Origin: the human T2T-CHM13v2.0 reference genome, Homo sapiens
Assembly: GCF_009914755.1 (NCBI RefSeq)
Contig: NC_060927.1
DNA: 64,000 nt
Direction: 5' to 3' (one strand)
Made by a program: the position numbers and the translations under genes. The notes under the pieces were generated by a model that saw only the letters and a list, made by a program, of their open reading frames with translations, was not told the origin of the DNA and did no database searches. This document shows positions 54,681 to 64,000 of the stretch, one piece after another. The first letter of the stretch is position 1. The number at the start of each line of letters is the position of its first letter.

Positions 54681-55694
54681 ATATTGGCCTGAAGTCTTCT
54701 TTTTTTGTTGTATCTCTGCCAGATTTTGGTATCAGGATTATGCTGGCCTCATAAAATGAATCAGTGGAGAGTCCCTCTTTTTCATTTTTTGGAATAGTTT
54801 CAGTAGAAATGGTACCAGCTCTTCTTTGTACCTCTGGTAGAATTCAGCTGTAAATCTGTCTGTTTCTGGGCTTTTTTTGGTTGGTAGTTATTTATTAGTG
54901 CCTTAATTTTGGAAGTTATTATTGGACTATTCAGAGATTCAATTTCTTCCTGGTTCAGTCTTGGAATGTGTATGTGCCCAGAAATTTATCCATTTCTTCT
55001 AGATTTTGTAGTTTATGTGCATAGATGTGTTTATAGTATTCTCTGATGGTTGTTTGTATTTCTGTGGGGTCAGTGGTGATATCCCCCTTATTTCTGATTT
55101 TGTCTATTTGATTCTTCTCTCTTTTTTTATTAGTCTAGTTAGCAGTCTATCTGTTTTATTATTTTTTTTTTTCAAAAAAAAGACAGCCTCTAGATTTGCT
55201 TATTATTATTATTATTTGAAGAGCTTTTTGTGTCTCTATCTCCTTCAGTTCAGCTCTGATCTTGGTTATTTCTTGTCTTCTGCTAGCTTTGGGGTTAGTT
55301 TGCTCCTGGTTCTTTGGTTCTTTTAGTTGTGTTGTTAGGTTGTTAATTTGAGATGTTTTTCAGCTTTTTAACGTGGGCATTTAGTGCTATAAATTTCCCT
55401 CTTAACACAGCTTTACCTATGTCCCAGAGATTCTGGTACATTTTCTCTTTGTTCTCAGTAGTTTCAAAGAACTTCTTGATTTCTGCCTCGCTTTCATTAT
55501 TTACCCCTGAGTCACTCAAGAACACGTCATTCAATTTCCATGTAGTTGTGTCTTTTGAGTGAATTTCTTAGTCTTGAGTTCTAATTTGATTGTGCTCTGA
55601 TCTGAGAGACTGTTGGTTATGATCTCAGTTATTTTGCATTTGCTGAGGAGTATTTTACTTCCAATTATGTGATAAGTTTTGGAGTAATTGCCAT
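54681..55694 (-). mobile_element. Inverted L1PA ORF2 segment
   Basis: Antisense ORF2 from ATATTGGCCTGAAG to GGAGTAATTGCCAT; minus-strand ORF 55343-55534 ([21 protein letters not shown]). Confidence 0.9.
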
Positions 55695-57013
55695 CTGATC
55701 TTACATAAACCTAACAAAAACAAGCAATGGAAAAAGGATTCCCTATTTAATAAATGGTGCTTGGAGAACTGGCTGGCCATATGCAGAAAATTGAAACTGG
55801 ACCCCTTCCTTACACCTTATACAAAATTAACTCCAGATGAATTAAAGACTTAAATGTAAAACCCAAAACTATAAAAACCCTAGAAGAAAATCTAGGCAGT
55901 GCCATTCAGGACATAGGCACAGGCAAAGATTTCATGACGAAAATGCCAAAAGCAATTATAACAAAAGAAAAAATTGATATATGGGATCTAATTAAACTAA
56001 TGAGTTCCTGCACAGCCAAATAAACTATCATCACAGTGAACAGACAACTTACAGAATGGGAGAAAAGTTTTACAATCCATCCATCTGACAAAGGTCTAAT
56101 GTCTAGTCTACAAGGAACTTAAAGAAATGTAGAAGAAACAAACAACTCCATTAAAAAGTGAGTAAAAAATGTAAACAGACATTCTCAAAAAAAAAAAAAA
56201 AAAGACAATCATGCGGTCAACAAACATACAAAAAAGAGCTCAACATCACTGATCATTAGACATATGCAAATCAAAACCACAATGAGATTATCATGCCAGT
56301 CAGAATAGTGATTATTAAAAAGTCCAGAAACAACAGACACTGACGAAGTTGCAGAGAAAAAGAAACACTTTTACATGTTTGCAGGAGTGTAAGTTAGTTC
56401 CACCATTGTGGAAGAGAGTGTGGTCAGTCCTCAAAGATCTAGAGGCAGAAATTCCATTTAACCCAGCAGTCCCATTACTGGGCATATACCCAAAGGAATA
56501 TAAATTATTCTACTGTAAATATACATGCATGTGTATGTTCATCGCAGCACTATTCACAATAGCAAAGACATGGAATCAACCCAGATGCCCATTAATGATA
56601 TATTGGATAAATAAAATGTGGTACATATACACCATGGAATACTATGCAGCCATATAATGATTGAGATCATGTCCTTTGCAGCAACATGAATGGAGTTGGA
56701 GGCTATTATCCTAAGCAAATTAACACAAGGACAAACAAACAAATGCCATGTTTTCTCAATTATAAGTGGGAGCTAAAGATTGAATACACATGGACATGAA
56801 GATGGGAACAATTGATGGTAGGGACTGCTTGATATAGAAGGGTGGGAGGGAGGCATGGGTTAGAAGGCTACCTATCAGGTACTATGCTCGCTGCCTTCGT
56901 GATGGGATCATTCATACACCAAGTCTCGGTGACACGCAATTTATGCAAGTAACAAACCTGCACAAGTATCCCTTGAACCTAAAATGAAAGTTAAAGAAAA
57001 AGGAAAAAAAAAA
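55691..57013 (+). mobile_element. L1PA 3' end (ORF2 C-terminus, 3'UTR, A tail)
   Basis: CCATCTGATCTT...; PLLGIYPKE, MFIAALFTIAKTWNQP; 3'UTR AACAAACCTGCAC...GAACCTAAAATGAAAGTT plus A-rich tail. Confidence 0.92.
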
Positions 57014-57794
57014 GAACCCTTTAGGTGGAAGGCAGGGCTGTTTGCCAAATATTAAAGAATTACCGATAGATTCCAATGAGAATCACACTTTCTTTTATGC
57101 TATTGCATGACACAAAATATAAAAGTAAGTAAATTTAAAATACTTATCACTGTTTTATATTTATTTAAGTATTCTTATTTACAGTACAGTGCTCAAGAAA
57201 CATTATTTGTATATGATTTATTTTGAAAGAAAGTGTTTACAGAATACCTTATATAAATTAAAATAATTTTATTGAAATTTTTAGCTAACTGAAGAATTGT
57301 ATGTTTTTGCAATGAGATAAAAGGCCAATAACAAATGTTAAACATAGTTCAAATGATATTAAACTGCATGTTCCTACAAATGAGCCATGGGACTTTCTTA
57401 CAGAGACTTCTCTATTCTCTTAGCATATTTCCTCTTTTATCTCTAGCTGGGGGCAGAGTGAGGTCTCTTCTTGCTGGTCTCCTTGCTCTTTTCTCCGGAG
57501 AACTCACCTATGCTCTTTCAACATCATCATTTTTACTTCCTAGATGCCATTCTCTTGTTCTGTTTCTTATCTTCTTCCAAGTTAATAACCTTCCATGCAC
57601 TCAGTGCTTTTATGGCCTTTCCAGCTGGAGATTATTTTGTACTACAGACCACCCAACACCTCCAAAGCAGAACCCAATCTCTGATGCCTGCAGATCAATT
57701 TCCCTCCTGAGGCTTCTCTTTCATGGATTCAGTGGATTCAACCTATACCTCATGGGGTTCTCGGACTCCTCTTCTTATAGAGTTATTAAAGACA

Positions 57795-58050
57795 GGTAAC
57801 ATGTGCTGAGTATTTACTAAGTGACACTCTATGCTCAACATTTCACAGGCATGATATAATCCACTTCTCACACCAACACTATGCACCTGCTGCTGTGAAT
57901 AACCCTATTTTATGGGTGAAGAAACTGAAGTGTGAAGTGGATAAACAACTTCTTCTGGTCAGACAGTTAATAAGTGACAAAATGGAAACACAAAACTAGA
58001 TTTTTTTTCAGACTCTAAAGCTACTGAGTATGTGTTGTTAACTACTCTGC
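57795..58050 (-). mobile_element. MIR SINE
   Basis: CCCTATTTTATGGGTGAAGAAACTGAAG...GTTAATAAGTGACAAA. Confidence 0.65.
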
Positions 58051-59723
58051 CCAAAGGATTCTTTACCACATGACTGGTCATTTATCAAGCTGTATTAGGG
58101 TTGTTTAGATATTTCAGGTCCAGTTCTGCCAAGTCCCACTCCCTTAGTTCCAGTTCAGGTCTTTAAACATCAAACAGGAATAAACATAACATCCTTGCTT
58201 CTATCTGCCTTACTTATACAATGATTCTTCTCTTTGATGCTTTCAACATATTGACGCCTAAATAATTATTTTAAATTATCACTTTTATTTTCAATATCTC
58301 AGCTATTTTTAAAAATTTTTGTGTCCCGTATAGGCTAAGTCTCAGATAACCTGCTACGTCTTCTGCCCCAATTTCTATGCACAGTCTCCATCTACAAAAT
58401 TCCTTCTGCAAATTTTTTTCGTGTTGTGACTGCATGATCCCCAAATTTCAGTCTTCTCTTTGGCAGATACTAAGTGGATGGGCATCTTATCCAAGGATAT
58501 CCAATCTACAGGTGGCTCTATCTAAAGAGTGACTTACCAAACCCAACTTCTCTCTCAGAAATTTGGCCATGTAAGAAAAGCCAACTCAGAGCAGGAAAGA
58601 GTAGCAGTAGAGATAGTCACAAAAATATTAATCAGAGCATGGCAATTGCTGGAGTTATGAGAAGGAAGCACATTTAACTCTTGTTACTGAGTCTATGATA
58701 TAGTACTCTTGTTTCCTCAGAGCCCTGGGGCCTGAACCATACTCAGGTATGATAATCTGGTCACTGTGAGGCCAGGTCAACTTCAGTTTGTTTTGTTTTT
58801 TCTTTTTTGATGCTTCCTGGGTTATTTGGAGATCTTGCCATGCATTATCTTCATTTCTATGTTTACTCTGAAAAAACATACAGACAACAAAAGACAACTA
58901 TGTTAGTTGAAGAATTTGAGTAAGGTTGTGTTTTTTTCCCTGAAAGATCACAACACAAGATCTTTGCTTTTTATTGCATTAATTCATATAATAATAATAC
59001 AAGCTGAAAATCTGAAAAGCTTGGGTCTAGAACTGTACTGAATTTTCGATATTGTTAGATTTTGGAATATTTGCATATGCATAATGAGATATATTGGGGA
59101 GAAGATTAAAACCTAAACCACCAATTTATTTATACTTCAGATATACCATATACACGTAGCCAGAAGGTAATTTTATGTAATATTTTAAGTAATTTTGTGC
59201 ATGAAACAAAGTTTGCGTGCATTGAACCATCAGAAAGTAAAGGCGTCACTGCCTCAGCCAGCCACAGGAACAATATCTGATTGTTTGGCCGCACCATCAT
59301 TCCTGACTGTGAAATTATATGCTACCAATAAGCAATTATTTTCTCATACTTATTCACACATGAATACTTAACAGTAAAAATATATATATAATGTACCATT
59401 AATACAGTGAAAAAACAATGTGTTCGGGGTAACTAAGCAACACAGTCACCTCACCAGAATACCTATAGAAGCTCTTAAACAACATCAACAAACAATGGGA
59501 AGATTTTATTTTTTTTCTATTATGCTGTATTTTGATTAAAAGGTTAATATACACTGCATTTTATTTTTCTTTGGTGAAAACATACTATCAGAAGCAGTTG
59601 AGGAACCAGGAAATGGGTTCTCTAGGGATGAGAAAGCATTCTGCTTGATGGCTCTTGAAAATGTTTTCTCTACGCTCATTTGCTTCATTAACAATGGGTT
59701 TTTGTCTTAGAAGTTACTCTTTG

Positions 59724-60121
<398 letters not shown>

Positions 60122-61931
60122 TCATAATCAGCACCACTTTTTCTGTAGAGTTAACATCCTCCTCATCATCACTGGTATCATGATCACCTTGATTCAGAAC
60201 CATTTTGTCTATTTTCCCATTAGTCAATGAGTAAAAACCTGGAGCCTCATTATGTAGGTTAAAAGCTTTTTTGATATTCACTTCTTTCAGCTTACTAATG
60301 GATTTTGAAGATACTCATTTTGCATATATAAGAAGGTCAGACATCAATTTTTTTTTCTCACTTGACATATGGAATCCTTCAAAGCCACGACCATGTTCAT
60401 CATTATCATGGAACATAGTCATATCACAGGCAAGAGGTTGTGTCAGGCACTCACAAATATGTCTTTGGTCACTGTGTTCCAAGCATTGGCAACAGCATAT
60501 GTGGCATCTTTCATGCTAACTTCCTTTTGAAAACCTTCCACACTCATGCCTCTGTTCATTGTTGCTAGCATGCTATTCAAGAAAATGTTTGTATATTAGT
60601 CTTCATTGATCGAAAGATACTCTGTTAAAGTGGCTGAATTAATGAAGTTACTTTTGGGGGAAAGTATGTAGCATAAACATTATTTTCTATGAGAATTTCA
60701 GCTGGAGGATGAGCAGAACTGTTGCCACGGAAAAACAAAATCTTGCTGTTATTATGTAGCTCAGCTTCCCTGCAGTGAGCGTAAGCCACTTGTACAAAAT
60801 ATTGGTGAAATAAATCTGAAAATATGCTCCTGGTGGTCCATGCCTTTTTGGTAGTATAATAGTGAACTTAAGTAACTCCTTGAAAACAGCAAGGATGGAA
60901 GCTTTTGTCTATCACAGAAAGTTTACATTTATGTGTGCCTGCTGCATTAGCACATCCCAGTACAGCTTATCCTGTTCTTGGCATCCTTAATACTTAGGGG
61001 CTGTCTCATGAACTGCCATCATTGTCTTTCCGTGGCAGTTACACCACAATTAGCACCGTTCCTGGCATGTTGTTTCATCAGCATTATAGAATTGTTCCGG
61101 CTTCAGATTTTTATCAGTGATAACCTTGGCAAACTTGTCAATAAATTTCTTTGCTGCTTTATGATTAGTGGATGCTTTATCACAACAACTCTTCAAAAAT
61201 TTAATATCATGTCTTTTCTTAAATGTTCACCATAAGCTTCTTAAATACTAACAGTTCCCTTCAATGTTCAGTTCATTGTGATAAATCTTTACTTGGTTCT
61301 TGATCAATGTACCATTAAGTGGCGTGTGTTCATTACAATGCTAATGGATTCACTATTTCAATACATAATCAAGATCTTCTTTTTTAGTTTTATGCAGTCT
61401 TTCTCTACATTACCTTCTGTTCATCACTTTCAACATAGAACTTCAACAATGTATTCTTCTGTTTCTTCAGGTCATATATGCTGTCATTCCAACAGCATAC
61501 TCTTCATAAGACATTTCGTACTCACACTGCTGTCTGATTTCTCAGACAGCAGAAACCAGCAGTGTCTGGTTTCTCAGGCAGCAGTGTGAGCATAACACAT
61601 CCTGACTTTCTGTGTTACAGACAAATATAAATGTTTACTCTTTTTCTTATTGCTGGTACCCACAGGGATACCTTCAGGTCTTTTTGACATTTCCAACACT
61701 ATTTCTATACCACGAAGCAGAGAATAAACAACAACAACAACAAAAACACAGAAATAGCTTGGATCCATGTGGAGCATCATGGGAAACTTGCTGTTGGTGC
61801 GTCCAACATGCACCTGTGCCATTTTTTACCCTTTGTGGGCATGCTTGTGTGGGAGAATCTGGGCATACAGAGCAAAGAAATATCACAAATGAAGGAATCT
61901 GGGAAGTATTTTTTCTCTTGAAGATGTGGAG

Positions 61932-62383
61932 TGTATTAGTCAGGGTTCTCAAGAGGGACAGAACTAGTAGGATAGATGTATACATGAAGAGGAGTTTATT
62001 AAGGAGTATTGACTCACATGGTCACAAGGTGAGGTCCCACAATATGCCGTCTGCAACCTGAGGAGCAAGGATGCCAGTCCGAGTCCCAAAACTGAAGAAC
62101 TTGGAGTCTGATGTTTGAGGGCAGGAAGCATCCAGCATGGGAGAAAGATGTAGGCCGGAAGACTAAACCAGTCTAGTCTTTTCATATTTTTCTGCCTGCT
62201 TTTATTCTGGCCATGCTGGCAGCTGATTAGATGGTGCCCACCCAGATTGAGGGTGGGTCTGCCTTTCCCAGTCCACTGACTCAAATGTTAATCTCCTTTG
62301 GCAACACCCTCACAGACACACCCAGGAACAATAATTTGCATCCTTCAATCCAATCAAGTTGACACTCCATATTAACCATCATA
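61932..62383 (-). mobile_element. MLT2A (HERV-L) solo LTR inserted in Tigger4
   Basis: TGTATTAGTCAGGGTTCTC..AGAGGGACAGAACTA ... CAATCCAATCAAGTTGACAC...ATTAACCATCATA; 5-bp TSD TGGAG/TGAAG. Confidence 0.92.
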
Positions 62384-62559
62384 TGAAGTAAACAGTGTTT
62401 TGTGCATTTTAACCATGACATGTCACATGAGGTCAGACATAAAATTTTCCACTTATGGCATCATGTCAGCTCTCAAAAAGTTTTAGATTTTGAAGAATTT
62501 TGGATTTTAGAATTTTTGATTAGGGATGCTTTACCTATAATAACTACTGACAATGACTA

Positions 62560-62785
62560 CTAGTACCCCACCTATCAGGAACTGTGCTAAGTTCAAATAT
62601 GTTGTCTCATTTAGTTCTCACAGTCTTTTCAAGTAGGTTGCATTAACCTTCAATAACAGATAAGGTAACGGAGGCACAATAAGATGCATTAATCAGCCCA
62701 AAACCATACACCTAGTGAACGGCAAAGCAAGGACTTAAGATCAGGTCTGTGTGATTCCAGAACCCACATCTCTGTGATGTTCTAC
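62560..62785 (-). mobile_element. MIR SINE
   Basis: CTGTGCTAAG...TCTCATTTAGTTCTCACA...ACAGATAAGGTAACGGAGGCAC...CAGGTCTGTGTGATTCCAGAACCC. Confidence 0.75.
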
Positions 62786-63509
62786 CAATTCTTTACCTGA
62801 TTTTAAGGACTCTACAATTTTCTGACATAGAACTTTCTGACTTATTATTCTGTTTTTATGAAACTGGCATTCTTGTTGTTTCACTGAAATTTAGTTTTAT
62901 TTTATTCACTGTTGTTTTGTTTTGTGTTTTTTTAAGGAGATTTTGTTCCTTGAGACTAGATTACCTTTTGACTTCATCTAATTAAACCCTAACATTCCTT
63001 TAAGATTCAGCTCAATCCTTAATTATCTTTAAAATTCCTTTTTCCACCCCACTTATTCCACAGCAAGAACACACAATGTTACATTATTTAATCTCTCTTT
63101 CCACTGATTAACATTGCTTCATATAATAAGTTTTTTCTCCCTATAAGGCTAATTTGGTGTCTGGAATCATGTTTTATTTTTTATCACTATGAAATCACCT
63201 TTATAAGTTGAAGTCATGGTAGACTTTACCACATCACATATTTAATTTTTGTTTGATTAAAATTTATTTTAAATTTATTTATTATCAATATGTTAAATTT
63301 AAATTAATTAAGTACTATGTGTAAAATATATAATGTGTTTCATTTTACACTGAGAGATTTTTAGAATAAAGTACAACTTCGATCAATCTTAAAGTCATTT
63401 TAGTCACTTGACAAATAATTTTTCTTTATTTGCGGATTCAAACAATGTATGTCAGTTTAGTTTTATTTCTATGCTAGTTAAAATAGAAAAGATGATATTA
63501 AATGTCTCC

Positions 63510-64000
63510 GTTTTTGTTGCTCAGCTCTCATTCTGTCTGTCCTCCTGGTAACAAACTCACAGCTTTATTTAGCGAACAACACTCCTTTATTCTTAGTCCA
63601 TAGAGTTCAGTGCAGAAATCACCCCTTTTGGCTCCTGGCCCTTTGGAACTGCATTGCTTTGTTTACTTTCACTCAGGAATAACAGGAATCCAATCTAAAC
63701 AAATAAAATTCAAGGAGATCTTTTTCTGGAACTATTGAAAGAAAGGCATGACTCTTCTCTCCTGAACACGTTAGTAATCAGGAAGATGTGGGCCTGGAAC
63801 TACTCGAGACAATAAGAGGAGCCTGAGAATAAACCCAATGGAGAAATAAGCAGAGATGGAGAGAAACCAAGTTTAGATGGCATTGAACAAGTCCTTGGAT
63901 CAAACTGTACCACAACCTGCTCTCTTCTCTACAGACACCTGAGCCAATAGGTTTCCTTTTTTGGCATAAGCCCGTCTAAATTGAGATTTCTGTCATGTAA
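63510..64000 (+). mobile_element. Old MaLR LTR (MLT1K-like), runs to the window end
   Basis: CTGGTAACAAAC..., GAGGAGCCTGAGAATAAACCCAA..GGAG..AAGCAGAG, TTGGATCAAACTGTACC, GAGCCAATAGGTTTCCTTTTTTGGCATAAG. Confidence 0.65.

Noticed and set aside
57335-57799. 154-aa hydrophobic ORF
   Set aside because: Pyrimidine-rich, probably degraded L2 sequence; no recognisable domain or splice structure

Overview
Primate, very likely human or great-ape, AT-rich, CpG-depleted non-coding DNA (intergenic or deep intronic). I can support no protein-coding gene, tRNA, rRNA or CRISPR feature; the listed ORFs are decayed L1, THE1 or Alu pieces, or chance ORFs. About half of the window is recognisable interspersed repeat. 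This includes a near full-length L1MA-type LINE (5.4-13.2 kb) with two Alus, an old antisense L1M (37.6-42.9 kb) and a complete two-LTR THE1 element (49.2-51.5 kb). It also includes a chimeric, internally inverted L1PA (51.6-57.0 kb), a full-length Tigger4/Zombi DNA transposon (59.0-62.5 kb) hosting an AluY and an MLT2A LTR, and scattered Alus, MaLR LTRs, MIRs, L2s and hAT fragments. The main structures the repeats do not explain are two AT-rich fold-back inverted repeats (34.1-34.3 kb and 38.2-38.4 kb, the latter enclosing a perfect 26-bp palindrome) and an old ~200-bp direct duplication (29.3/29.9 kb). Subfamily names come from recalled consensus motifs, not an alignment, and boundaries without a target-site duplication (TSD) are approximate. 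I see no convincing evidence for a wholly new biological system.
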